Position numbers and translations under genes: made by a program. Shown here in pieces: positions 24,310 through 36,969 of a DNA stretch of 64,000 bases (position 1 is the first letter of the stretch; each line of letters begins with the position of its first letter). Source of the DNA: Octopus sinensis (taxonomy: Eukaryota); contig NC_043008.1 in NCBI RefSeq assembly GCF_006345805.1, forward strand, positions 19,158,001-19,222,000, read 5' to 3'. A model generated the notes under the pieces. The model saw nothing but the letters and a program-made list of their open reading frames with translations. It searched no databases and was not told where the DNA came from.

Positions 24310-24660
24310 AAGTGGTCTTCGTCCCAGTGGAAGAAGTCCGAAATGTGGTCCTTTGCTATTCATAAGACCTGCAGAAGAGAAAGCAGGTCAACCCCCGACA
24401 CCGAGAGCATCGACAGATGGATGAATGCGCATCCAGGCTCAGCGGTTGTGTAGGAAGTAAGGGACAAGAAACAGGAAGAAAGAGTGAGAGAAAGTTGAGG
24501 TGAAAGAGTACAACAAGGGTCGCCACAACTCCCTGCCGGAGCCTCGTGGAGCTTTAGGTGTTTTCGCTCAATAAACACACACAATGCCCGGTCTGGGAAT
24601 CGAAACCGTGATCCTCCGACCGCGAGTCCGTTGCCCTAACCACTAGGCCATTGCACCTCC
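24310..24660 (-). mobile_element. SINE family D (tRNA-derived)
   Basis: Minus head ggaggtgcaatggcctagtggttagggcaacggactcgcggtcggaggatcacggtttcgattcccagaccgggc has A box (TGGCCTAGTGG) and B-box-like (GGTTTCGATTCC) motifs, followed by a non-tRNA body. Confidence 0.85.
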
Positions 24661-24699
24661 ACTTGATGATAATGATGATGATGATGATGATGAAATATA

Positions 24700-25090
24700 A
24701 GGTTATATTTTGTTGTGTCTGGGGTGAGTCATAATATCTATTTCTTTACTACCCACAAGGGGCTAAACACAGAGAGGACAAACAAGGACAGACATAGGTA
24801 TTAAGTCGATTACATCGACCCCAGTGCATAACTGGTACTTAATTTATCGATCCCGAAAGGATGAAAGGCAAAGTCGACCTCGGCGGAATTTGAACTCAGA
24901 ACGTAGCGGCAGATGAAATACCTCTAAGCATTTCGCCTGGTCGGCTAACGATTCTGACTAATAATATCTTAATGCCTTATTATCTAACACACACACTGGT
25001 TTGATTTTCACTCATTTATTATTTAGATTTTCTATTCCAAATTTTTCATTGCTTTTACAACCTTGTCAATGAATGTTAACTCTATAAGGT
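24700..25090 (-). mobile_element. Family F element interrupted by SINE B (24740-24958, minus)
   Basis: F halves on both sides; ataatatct duplicated around the SINE; hammerhead-like motif at 25036-25073. Confidence 0.65.
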
Positions 25091-25667
25091 TATAATTACT
25101 CAAAAATTTAAACACAGGAAATGGAAACAGTTGTATTACAAACCAGAGTTAGATTACATGAATGCATGGAATTCTAGCCATGATATATATCTTCACAAAT
25201 ACTATTGGTTATTGTTACAAAAGAGGACACAAAACAGGAAATTTTTTAAGTAACTGATTCTCCAAAGTAGATTTCTATGGAGAGGTTGACATGAACACAG
25301 TCATGTCCAGTAAGTGATACCATACAACAGAAGAGTAAGGGAAAAGACCATTTTTTGTTTTTTCTTTGTGTGAATCAGGTAATTATTAATCATCAATGGT
25401 TTTTAATTGCCTAAACTTTTCTTGAAGCATCCTTTGTTTCATGCATTTATTAATATTGTTATTAACGGTCGGCAAATGAAAGCTTTAAGTTTGACAGTGG
25501 AAGGACTGGTAATTTGATCTGAGCTAATATTAGTGAATAGAATATTTTAATCATTAAAGAATTGACAGGTAATGTCCTTGATGATGGCATTAATGCAATT
25601 TAGTTCTTAAATTACAGAAATTATGTGAAACAGATATTGGATAAAGTGAGTAAATAATACAAACATA

Positions 25668-26115
25668 GACACGGCTGTGGTTGTGTGGTAAGAACTCTGC
25701 TTCCCAACCACATGGTTCCGTGTTCAGTCCCACTGCATAGCTCCTTGGGCAAGTGTCTTCTACTATAGCCTCGGACCAACCAAAGCCATTTGAGTGGATT
25801 TGGTAGACGGAAACCAAAAGAAGCTTATTATGTGTGTGTGAGTGTGTGTATGTCTGTGTCTGTGTGTGTGTGTGTGAGTGTCTGTGTGTGTGTGCTCATG
25901 TACCCATGTATGTGTTGGTCCCCCAGCACTGCTTGACAACCGGTGTTAGTGTGTTTATGTCCCTGAAACTTAGCGGTTTGACAAAAGACGCTGATACAAT
26001 AAGTACCAGGCTTTAAAAAATATTTCGTGGGGCTGGAGGTTGAGACATTTGACTAAAATTCTTCAAGATAGTGCCCCAGCATAGCCACAGTCCCACAACT
26101 GAAAGAACTACAAGA
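25668..26115 (+). mobile_element. SINE family A (diverged)
   Basis: Family A match. Confidence 0.7.
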
Positions 26116-26299
26116 AGAAAGGTAGCGGGATTGAACCTGTGACCTCCTGATTCTGAAGCAGAGTTATTTACCATTTGGCCATGTCTGCTATATTCTTACA
26201 CAAATCCACATCATATACACACACAGTGGTTTGACATGTTAACACAAACACATACATACTTACACAATAATTTATGTTATCAATGAACACGCATATACT

Positions 26300-26712
26300 T
26301 AGGTGCAGGAGTGGCTGTGTGGTAAGTAGCTTGCTTACCAACCACATGGTTCCAGGTTTAGTCCCACTGCGTGGCACCTTGGGCAAGTGTCTTCTACTAT
26401 AGCCACGAGCCGACCAAAGCCCTGTGAGTGGATTTGGTAGACGGAAACTGAAAAGAAGCCCGTCGTATATATGCATATGTATATATATGTGATTGTGTGT
26501 CTGTATTTGTCTACTTAACATTGCTTGACAACCGATGCTGGTGTGTTTACGTCAGCGTAACTTAGCAGTTCAGCAAAAGAGACTGATAGAATAAGTACTA
26601 GGCTTACAAAGAATAAGCCCTGGGGTCGATTTGCTCGACTAAAGGCGGTGCTCCAGCATGGCCGCAGTCAAATGACTGAAACATGTAAAAGAGTAAAAAG
26701 AGTAAAGAGTAT
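26300..26712 (+). mobile_element. SINE family A, full length
   Basis: Near-consensus. Confidence 0.9.
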
Positions 26713-26959
26713 ATACACTCACACACACACATGTTTAACATGTGGATAAATAATCACATACTCCTACACGTACACACACACAAATTTGTTTTGTGTGTGT
26801 CAGCAAATATTATGCTGCCATTTAGACGCACACACTTATACACCCAGACATACAGACGCATACATGCAGACACACACAAACATACGCACACAGCTGATTG
26901 ACACATTTAAAAAGCTTTAACTTCCTACCTTAATTGAGACACACTGGCATGTTTGGTTA

Positions 26960-27275
26960 ACATACAACAAACCAGCACACACAAACACACACACACAAAC
27001 ACACACACACACACACACAACACATACACACAAACACACACACACACACACAAACACATACACACACACACACAAACACACACACACACCACACAACACA
27101 AACACATACACACAAACACACACACACACACACAAACACACAACAAACACACACACACACACACAAACCATACACACACACACACAAACACACACACCAC
27201 ACACACACACACACAACACAAACACAACACACCAACACACACACACACAAACACATACACAAATACATACATACA
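26960..27275. repeat. Interrupted (CA)n microsatellite
   Basis: Directly visible. Confidence 0.95.
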
Positions 27276-28141
27276 GATTAATCAATCACTAAAGACTACA
27301 TACACACAATTTAGCCTGCCTATAAAGATTACAATACACCCTTGTACACCCACCCACACACACCCACATATATCCACACATTACTCACCTGTCTGCAAAG
27401 ACTAAATACATTACATATACCTGTAAACATACACACATACATACAAACATATAAACATGCTCATATATGCATACACACATATGTATTCAGTTATACAGAC
27501 CCAAGAAGATTCACACGCATACACAAAGAAAAATATAGAAACATATACACCCACCACAACCCCATGCCAAACCCACAGGGCCACAAATACATCAAACATA
27601 CCTTACCTTCTACACTTACTTTCCCATATCTCAGAATGACACTCCAAACACCCTTGACCCCTTTCTCATCATTCTCAGCAAATTATCTGGGTTCAGGGAT
27701 GGCTGTGTGGTAAGAAGTTTGTTTCTCATCTGCATGGTTTTGGGTTCAGTTCCACCATGTGGTACCTTGGGCAAATGTTTTTCTACCACACACCTGAGCC
27801 AAACAAGGCCTTGTGCATGGATTTGGTAGACAAAAATTGAAAGAAGCTTATCATGCGTGTGTTTGTGTGTGTATTTAAATCATCATCATCGTCAACATCA
27901 TCATCATTTAACATCCATCTTCCATGCATAAATAGGATGATTGACAGGAGCTGGCCCCCCCGTAGAAAACTACCTTAGGCTACTGTGTTTGTTTTAGCTG
28001 GGTTTTCATGACTGGATGCCCTTCCTAACACCAACCACTCTGCAGAGTGGACTATAAACACATATATAAATATATACATACATATATATATATATAAATA
28101 TATACATTCATACATATATATATATATATATATTATACATT

Positions 28142-28178
<37 letters not shown>

Positions 28179-28194
28179 AAATATATACATATAT

Positions 28195-28350
28195 TTTTTC
28201 TCTCCTTGTTTCTTTTCTGTGTATCTTTCTGTCAAAGAGCGTAGGCTCGAAACATAAAAGACTTGTTTTATTTCTATTCCTGAGCGCCATACTAATACAT
28301 TATTTGTTTGTACTCCACCTGCCTTCGTCTTTTGTTTATTTTCGTAAACC
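28195..28350 (+). mobile_element. Family E short element
   Basis: tctttctgtcaaagagcgtaggctcgaaacataaaagac...; embedded in (TA)n. Confidence 0.75.
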
Positions 28351-28397
28351 TTCTGTTATATACATATATATATATATATATGTATATAAATATATAC

Positions 28398-28447
<50 letters not shown>

Positions 28448-28829
28448 TTATATATATAAATATATATGTATATATAAACATATAAATATTTATATGTATA
28501 TATAAACATATAAATATATATATGTATATATAAATATATATATATGTATATATAAATACATATATATATGTATATATAAATATATATATATGTATATATA
28601 AATATATATATGTATATATAAATATATGTATACATATATATGTATAGATAGATATATGTATGTATATATATATGACCTCCCTTCTTTACACTATATGGAC
28701 ACAAACTATGCTGGAAAAATGTTTTCCTGGGGCTAAACAACAGTAACATCGTCCTCATACAGGACTGCCACATTCTGTTGGCAAATAAACTTTACTATAC
28801 ATTTATGTATATATATAAATGTGATGGGT

Positions 28830-29096
28830 TGATGACATGTACAAAGCTCCTGTGCTGGCACCACATAAAAAGCCCCTGTACTGGCATCACTTAATAGCAC
28901 CCATGCTGGTGCCACATAAAAAGCACCCACCACACTCTGTAAAGCAGTTGGCATTAGGAAGGGCATTCAGCAATAGAAACCAATCCCAATCAGAGTGGAA
29001 CCTGGAGCAGCTCTCCTGCTTGCCAGCTCTGGTCAAACCATACAACCCATGCCAACATGGAAAACAGGGGCTAAAGGAATATGATGATGATGATGG

Positions 29097-29135
<39 letters not shown>

Positions 29136-29170
29136 CGATGATGACGATGACGATGATGAGGACGATGAAG
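28830..29170 (+). mobile_element. Family C 3' end with long (GAT)n tail
   Basis: Diverged family C match. Confidence 0.7.
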
Positions 29171-30124
29171 ATGATTATGACAATGATGCTGTGGGTGTGT
29201 GTGTCTGGTGTTTGTCTGTGTCACCCCCACGACTTGACAACTGGTGTTGGTTTGGTTATGACCCTGTCACTTAACAGTTCAGCAAAAGAGACCAATAAAT
29301 TAAGTACCAGTTTTTTTTTTTAAAAAGTAACTATTGGAGTCAATTTGTTCAAGTAAAACCCTTCTAGATGATGCCTAAAACTGTTCGTGGTAATGCCCCA
29401 GCATGGCCACAGTCCAAAGACTGAAACAAGTAAAATGAAAAAAAACTATAAAACAAAATATATCCAGGTCACCTGACAACTACTGTTTAATGAAGCAAAA
29501 CAAACCATGAATCTTCCTCAAGAACAAGACCTCCTCTTCCTCCTCCTCTCTTCCCCACCACATCAATTAATGACAAGAAAGTCTTCAGACTCTATCCTTC
29601 ACTATTTATTCACACAGAAAATACTCAACACCATCTTAAGAAATATCATTAAGCGCTCCACCATACAATAACAACACTTCTGGGAGAAGAAGCGGGGACT
29701 TAGAACTTACAAAATGTATCACCACAGGTATCGTTCTTCAAGCCAACGCTTTGCAACATTTGCTTGTGTAATATTCATACATCTCCACAAAGCATACAAA
29801 CAGCAAATGGCATCACATTCGTATCCTCTCTGCCGTTCTCTACACACACCGCTGCACAGCTATTCTCCCCCCTACCGTTCCCAGTTTTATTTGAATCGCA
29901 TAGATGAAACCTGACACCACGACACGCTTCAATTAGCATCCATCAAATCTTACTGGCTCCTTTCTTACCAGCAACACCAGGATTAGTAAATACACCCTAC
30001 AACATGAATGTGAATGTGTCGTGTTCACAGAAGATAAAAATACTAAGAATAATTATTTATTACATACGACTCCCCTAAAATATTCACAACAAACATAGAT
30101 GACATAAAAGACATAAAATAATTT

Positions 30125-30990
30125 ACCAAATCAAAATCAAAATCAAAATCGATCAACATCAATGGAATTTGTAGCTGTGATACCAGTGCCGGTGGCACGT
30201 AAGAGAACCATCCGAATGTGGCCGTAGCCAGCGCCACCCTGACTGGCCTCCGTGCCAGTGGCACGTAAAAAGCACCATCCGATCGTGGCTGTTTGCCAGC
30301 CTCGTCTGGCACGTAAAAAGCACCCACTACACTCACAGAGTGGTTGGCGTTAGGAAGAGCATCCAACTGTAGAAACACTGCCAGATTAGACTGGGCCTGG
30401 TGCAGCCTTCTGGCTTCCCAGACCCCCAGTTGAACCATTCAACCCATGCTAGCATGGAAAGTGGACGTTAAACCATGATGGTGATGATTTAGAGCAATCA
30501 AGTGTGTTTGTGCATGTACATATATCATCATCATCATCATCATCGTGGTCATCATCATCATTTAACATCTGTTGTCCATGCTGGCATGGGTTGGACAGTT
30601 TGACAGGGTTGGTATACTGGAAGGCTGCGCCAGGCTCCAGTCTGATTTGGCATGGTTTTCTACAGCTGGATGCCCTTCCTAACACCAACCACTCTGAGAG
30701 TGTAATGGGTGCTTTTACATGCTACAAGCATGGGTACCATTGTGTGACACTGGGGTGCTTTTATGTACCACCAGCACAGGTGCCATTTGCGTGTCACTGG
30801 TATCTGCCATGACTGATTTTGCTCGGCTTGTTGGGTCTTCTTCTAAAGAATAACAAAATGCCAAAGCTCTTGATCATTGCCTCCATGGAACTCAATAGGA
30901 ACTCAGCCACCTGGCTTTCATGTGGCCCAACACTCAAAAGGAACTCAGCCACTAAGAAAATCAACCTTTGAACGTTGGGCCTCACAGAGG
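30125..30990. mobile_element. Two family C copies tail-to-tail (30125-30490 +, 30520-30990 -)
   Basis: Both carry the ggaagggcatcca / ggacgttaa core in opposite orientation, about 30 bp apart. Confidence 0.8.
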
Positions 30991-31297
30991 CAAAGTGGGT
31001 GAGTTCCTTTCAAACAATGAGCTAAGTCGATTACATTGATCCCAGTGTTTAACTGGTACTTGTTTTATTGACCCCGAAAGGATGAAAGATAAAGTTGATC
31101 CTGGTGGCATGTGAACTCAGAACGTAATGTTTGACGAAATGCTGCTAAGCATTTTGCCCAGTCCACTAATGATTCTGCTAGCTCACCGCCTTCCTCCTTC
31201 TAAAATTTAAAATAGGTTTGCATAGGGTTGACATCTCTACTTAGAAAAAAAGGAAAATTACAGAAGCCTCAATGACAATTCAAAACCAACAAGACCT

Positions 31298-31402
31298 GGG
31301 AAAGAAAAGCCTTCCCTTAAGAAAGACACCCCTATCCTTTGGAAAGACACCCCTTCCTTTGGAAAGATGCCCCTTCCTTTGGAAAGACGCCCTTTCCCTC
31401 AG
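31298..31402. repeat. ~20-bp minisatellite (ggaaagacaccccttccttt), about 5 copies
   Basis: Directly visible. Confidence 0.85.
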
Positions 31403-31764
31403 AGTTGAGAAAAGAAGAGAAAACTCATCAATGGCTGATGATCCATAGGGAATAAAATGTTTATGTAAGTCAATATTCCAGCGTCCCTTAAATTCATACT
31501 GGTTTGCACACAATTAACAATAAGGGTAGAGAGAGCAACAACTATAAGACTCTAACCATATTCAGCTTGCTTGTCTTCAATGTGGTGGCCACAATCAGAA
31601 AATGTGTCCAGACTGTCAACTTGCCCCTTCCTTTGCTAAACAATTCAATACTGCATAACACAGTGTTTGGTGTGGTCCTCAATCAGATGAAAATATTGCA
31701 TAGCAGAGAAGAGCCTCTAGGTTATTTGCTCCTAGATGCACATCAGAATTCTTTTCTATTCTAG

Positions 31765-32172
31765 GCACAAGGCCTGAAATTTGGGGAGGGGGTCAGTCAA
31801 TTAGATCGACCCCAGTATGCAACTGGTACTTAATTTATAGACTCCAAACGGATGAAAAGCAAAGCTGACCTTGGCGGAATTTGAACTCAGAACGTAAAGT
31901 TTGACAAAATGCTCCTAAGCATTTTGCCCGGTGTGCTAACGTTTCTTATTTCTTTATTGCCCACAAGGGGCTAAACATAGAGGGGACAAACAAGGACAGA
32001 CAAAAGGATTAAGTCGATTACATCGACCTCGGTGCATTACTGGTACTTAATTTATTGACCCCGAAAGGATGAAAGGCAAAGTCGACCTCGGTTTGAACTC
32101 AGAACATAATGGCAGATGAAATACCGCTAAGCATTTCCCCCAATGTGCAAACATTTCTGCCAGCTCACTGCC
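31765..32172 (-). mobile_element. SINE family B dimer
   Basis: The tail of one copy (aaagaaata) joins agaaacgttagc of a second copy; B1 and B2 tails. Confidence 0.75.
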
Positions 32173-32479
32173 TTGCACAACAGCAATATTGGCAAAGAAC
32201 ACTTCTTACACTTCATGAATTTCACTGACCACCACCACTAATAGGGAAGAAAGAGTATTTACCTGCCACAGCCTCTATTCAAACAGGGTTGGCCTGGGGC
32301 CATACAGCAACAGCAATGCCTTCAAAGGTTAACAGAAGAGGAAAATCAAAGAATCCTTTTGGACATTGCTCAACCTGTAAATGCATCCATTTCACCAATT
32401 GCATCAGAGACTTTTGCATCTTTACCAAAATGGTTTACCAACATTGAAATCAACAAATTCAGCTTCCTTCATCTTTATG

Positions 32480-32960
32480 TGCATGTGTGCGCGTGTGTGC
32501 GTGTGTGTGTGTGTGTGTGAGTATGTGTATGTGTGAGTGTGTGTCTGAGATAATGTGTGTGTGTGAGATTGTGTGAGATGTGTATATATGTGTGAGAGAA
32601 TGTGTGCATGCATGAATGTGTATGTGTATGTGAGCATGCATGTATATGTGTGTGTGTGAGAGTTTGTGTATGTGTGTGTGTGAGAGTTTGATTGTATGTG
32701 TGTGAGTGTGTGTGCATGTGTATGTGCATGTATGTATGTGTGTGTGCATGTGTGTGTGAGACTGTGTGAGATGCATATGCATGTGTGAGAGAATGTGTGT
32801 GTGTGTGTTATGCATTTGTATGTGTGTGTGAGAGTTTGTATGCAAGTATGTGTGTGTGAGTTTATGTATGTGTGTGAGTGTGTGTGCATGCGTGTGTGTG
32901 TGCATGTATGTATTCGTGTGTGTGCATGTGTGTGTATGTATGTGTGTGTGTGTGTGTGTG
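32480..32960. repeat. Degenerate (TG)n microsatellite
   Basis: Directly visible. Confidence 0.9.
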
Positions 32961-33847
32961 TGATTCTGCTGTCAGAGGGAAGGGACCAAAATTCCTTATT
33001 CCTTTGTTAACATGTCCAGGTTGACATTATAACACACATGCAAATAAAATGTATAGAAAATACACACACACACACACACACAGTCTCATGAATGTATGTA
33101 TGCAACTACGCTTGTATGTGCCTATACACATATATACATAATGACATAATGGTTGTTGACTCCGCATTGGTATCACTGCCACAACCATCAACATCACTGA
33201 TCTCATCGTTGCCACTACAACCACCACCACCACCACCACCACCACTACCACCACCACCATCGCCACCACCACCACCACCACCACCACCACCACCACCATC
33301 GCCACCACCACCACCATTACCCTCATCATACATGCATCCACCCTGTCACATGATATCACCATTTCCTCTTCCTGTATGGTAAGGTAAGGTCAAAAATAAT
33401 TGACAATAATAGCATCGATACACTCTGAGACGAGCAGAATGATACAAAGACTAAACTTACCACCACCATCACCACCACCGTCCCACCAACAACAACTCTA
33501 GTATCATCACCAATTTCTCTGACATTACTGCTTCACCAACAACCCAACAAGGGAGGCTCTATCTGAAGTCTCAACCTACTAGAAATAGCAGCCAAATCTT
33601 AGAATGATACCTTATGGTCTTAATCCCTTAGTTGTCATGTTTCTCTTGAAATGCATGTGCTTTATTTCAATTAGATGCAAAAATAATGAAGAATGAGTAA
33701 AGTAAATTTGTCGTTATTTACCCAATTCAATCTTTGTCTATGAAGGGCTCTGCCCCATCAACCTTCTTCCTCCCGACCCTCATTTCATCCCTAACAAAAA
33801 GCACTGGTGATGGTGCCGTGTAAAAAGAACTGGGCTTGTGCCACATA

Positions 33848-34095
33848 AAAAGCACAGGTGTCCTTGTTTGTCCCCTCTGTGTTTAGCCCCTTGTGGGTAG
33901 TAAAGAAATAGGTATTTCGTCTGCCGTTACATTCTGAGTTCAAATTCCACTGAGGTCGACTTTGCCTTTCATCCTTTCGGGGTCGATAAATTAAGTACTA
34001 GTTACACACTGGGGTCGATACAATCGACTTAATCCGTTTGTCTGTCCTTGTTTGTCCCCTCTGTGTTTAGCCCCTTGTGGGCAATAAAGAAATAA
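33848..34095 (+). mobile_element. SINE family B tail fragment plus second unit
   Basis: Junction aaagaaata|ggtatttcg at 33910/33911. Confidence 0.8.
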
Positions 34096-34584
34096 GATGC
34101 AGAAAGGTTTGTGTATGATGAGTAACTGGATACAGACTCTTTTATAAAGCTCCCCTTAACATTATCATAGACTGCATGCAGAGCATATTATCGCCACAAT
34201 CATCATCATGGTTATTATTGTCATCATCATCGTTGTCATCATCGTCATTACCACTGACGTCGTCGTTATCGTCATCATCGCCACCACCACCACCATCAGT
34301 GCCGCCACAATCATTGTCGTCATCATCATAAGAGGTCAAGTCTGTTACTGCTACGACACAGACTCTCTCACCACTTACAACATCCTTGTAATGAGCTAAT
34401 GAAGAACTTCTACATGGTCATTCGGTTTACAAGAAATAGCAGCCAAACCACCTCCAAGTCATACTCATCATCTTAGGAAGGGACATAATAAGACCCTAAG
34501 TTCCTTTACAAATTGTAAACCAGAATATAAAAAAAAAACATGATGGTCATATTTGGAAGTCATATTTTTTTAAATAGTATACTG

Positions 34585-34972
34585 TCTCTTTTTACTTGTT
34601 TCAGATATTTGACTGCAGCCATGCTGGAGCACTGCCTTTAGTCGAGCAAATCGACCCCAGGACTTATTCTTTGTAAGCCTAGTACTTATTCTATGGGTTT
34701 CTTTTGCCGAACCACTGAGTTACGGGGATGTAAACACACCAGCATCGGTTGTCATGAGATGTTGGTGAGACAAACACAGACTTACAATCACACACATATA
34801 TATATATACATATATACGACAGGCTTCTTTCAGTTTCCGTCTACCAAATCCACTCACAAGGCTTTGGTCAACCCGAGGCTATAGTAGAAGACACTTGCCC
34901 AAGATACCACACAGTGGGACTGAACCCAGAACTATGTGGTTGGTAAGCAAGCTACTTACCACACAGCCACGG
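34585..34972 (-). mobile_element. SINE family A
   Basis: Family A match. Confidence 0.85.
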
Positions 34973-35642
34973 TGTGATTTGAGGAATTTTTGGCTGCTAT
35001 TTTTTGTAGATCATGTGACCATAAGTCTGCTCAATCAGTTGATCATAGGACTGCTCAAACAGAGCTGACCTGGGGCTAAAGAAGAACAACAACAACATCC
35101 TAAAAACTATAATCCAACATGGACGTAGCTATATGGTTGTATGCTCTACTAAAAATAGCAGCCAAAACTTCCCAAATCATATCTACTTACAAAGATATGG
35201 AAAGAACGCGTTAAAATATTCCCAGATGTCCCTAGATATAAAAAGGATGATCATGGTTGGAATGGCTCTAATAAACAACATCTCAGGATACTATTATGAT
35301 ACCATCCTGAGGTCAATATCACTCTGACTCAGTCAAGACAAATGTAAAAGGACAAGCACACACACACACACACACATTCCTGAATACTCACACACACACA
35401 CACTCATGTACAAACTATTAACATCTCACCATCCCTCACAAATACCTTGTTATTCTCTCTCTCTCTCTCTCTCTCTCTCTGCTCCACACTCTCTCTCTCT
35501 GCTCCACACTCTCTCTCTCTCGCTCTCTCTGCCCCCCCCCCACTCTCTCTTTCTGTCTCTCACCTTCACTCAATTTCCCAAACACTCAACTCACACTCCG
35601 CTTCTCCCTCTCTTTTTTTTCTTTTTCTTTACATTCCTCTTC

Positions 35643-35647
35643 TGACC

Positions 35648-35681
<34 letters not shown>

Positions 35682-36056
35682 CCACCACCACCACCACCAT
35701 CACCACCAAGTTTGCCATCACTGCCACCACCAACCACCACCACCACCACCACCAACACCACCACCACCATCATCATCACCACCACCACCACCACCATCAT
35801 CATCACCACCACCACCACCACCACCATCACCACCAAGTTTGCCATCACTGCCACCACCACCACCACCAACACCACCACCACCATCATCATCACCACCACC
35901 ACCACCACCATCATCATCACCACCACCAACACCACCACCACCACCACCAACACCACCACCACCATCATCATCACCACCACCACCACCACCATCACCACCA
36001 AGTTTGCCATCACTGCCACCACCACCAACAACCACCACCACCACCACCACCAACAT
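35643..36056. repeat. (CAC/CAT)n tract with a repeated aagtttgccatcactg marker
   Basis: Marker at 35708, 35835 and 36000 shows segmental duplication within the microsatellite. Confidence 0.85.
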
Positions 36057-36446
36057 TAATAATCTCCAATGTTTCCATTATCAAGTGAAACACTCCTCCA
36101 AAGAATTAAAGTAATGATGACAACAACAACAATAACAACAACAACAACGATGACAAGTATATTTTGAAAGACATCAGTTCCCCTAACACCCCCCCCCCCC
36201 CGATGCCACCACCAAACACTAACACTAACACGATGGAACAATTAAGACCTCATTCAATCCACTAGAAATAACAGTCAGTTTGCCTTGGATGACATTCTAG
36301 TATCTTAACAAAAGTAGGAGACAAGCATACCCCCTGCACCACCACTACCACCACCACCACAACACCACTACCACCACCACCACCTCTATTCCTGAGCCAG
36401 TGGTCTCCACTATTGGTGCTAATACTAATGGTACCGTTACTTTATG

Positions 36447-36969
36447 GGTTCAAATTCCGCCGAGGTCGACTTTGCCTTTCATCCTTTCGGGGGTCGATTA
36501 AATAAGTACCAGTTACGCACTGGGGTTAATATAATCGACTTAATCCGTTTGTCTGTCCTTGTTTGACCCCTCTATGTTTAGCCCCTTGTGGGTAGTAAAG
36601 AAATAGGTATTTCGTGTGCCGTTACGTTCTGAGTTCAAATTCCGCCGAGGTCGACTTTGCCTTTCATCCTTTCGGGGTCGATTAAATAAGTACCAGTTAT
36701 GCACTGGGGTCGATATAATCGACTTAATCCGTTTGTCTGTCCTTGTTTGTCCCCTTTGTGTTTAGCCCCTTGTGGGTAGTAAAGAAATAGGTATTTCGTG
36801 TGCCGTTACGTTCTGAGTTCAAATTCTGCTGAGGTCGACTTTGCTTTTCATCCTTTCGTGGCCGATTAAAGTACCAGTTATGCACTGGGGTCGATGTAAT
36901 CGACTTAATCCGTTTGTCTGTCCTTGTTTGTCCCCTCTGTGTTTAGCCCCTTGTGGTTAGTAAAGAAAT
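36447..36969 (+). mobile_element. SINE family B trimer
   Basis: Junctions at 36605/6 and 36789/90 (184-bp period); gtt(a)ctttatg-like flanking duplication. Confidence 0.9.

Noticed and set aside
24585-24660. tRNA gene (also 45394, 45587, 49310, 26122-26190)
   Set aside because: The tRNA-like heads have A/B boxes but no proper acceptor stem and run into shared non-tRNA bodies. They are SINE heads, not tRNA genes.
24310-24660. Naming families A/B/D as specific published octopus SINEs or SINE superfamilies
   Set aside because: I recall tRNA-derived octopus SINEs and conserved central SINE domains, but cannot verify the assignments without a Dfam/Repbase search.
29560-29990. Decayed LINE endonuclease fragment
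   Set aside because: Only vague resemblance in one stop-interrupted frame; no diagnostic APE motif could be read.
31435-31460. Hammerhead at CTGATGA-T-CC-ATA-GG-GAAT
   Set aside because: GAAT instead of GAAA, a 2-bp stem II and no stem I or III.
31545-31660. Zinc-knuckle-like frame CLQCGGHNQKMCPDC
   Set aside because: Spacing is CX2CX2HX4C rather than CX2CX4HX4C, the frame is short and bounded by stops, and there is no gag/pol context.
36447-36969. CRISPR-like array (also the 63-bp and 100-bp arrays)
   Set aside because: The units are whole tandem repeats with no unique spacers, there are no cas genes, and the context is eukaryotic.
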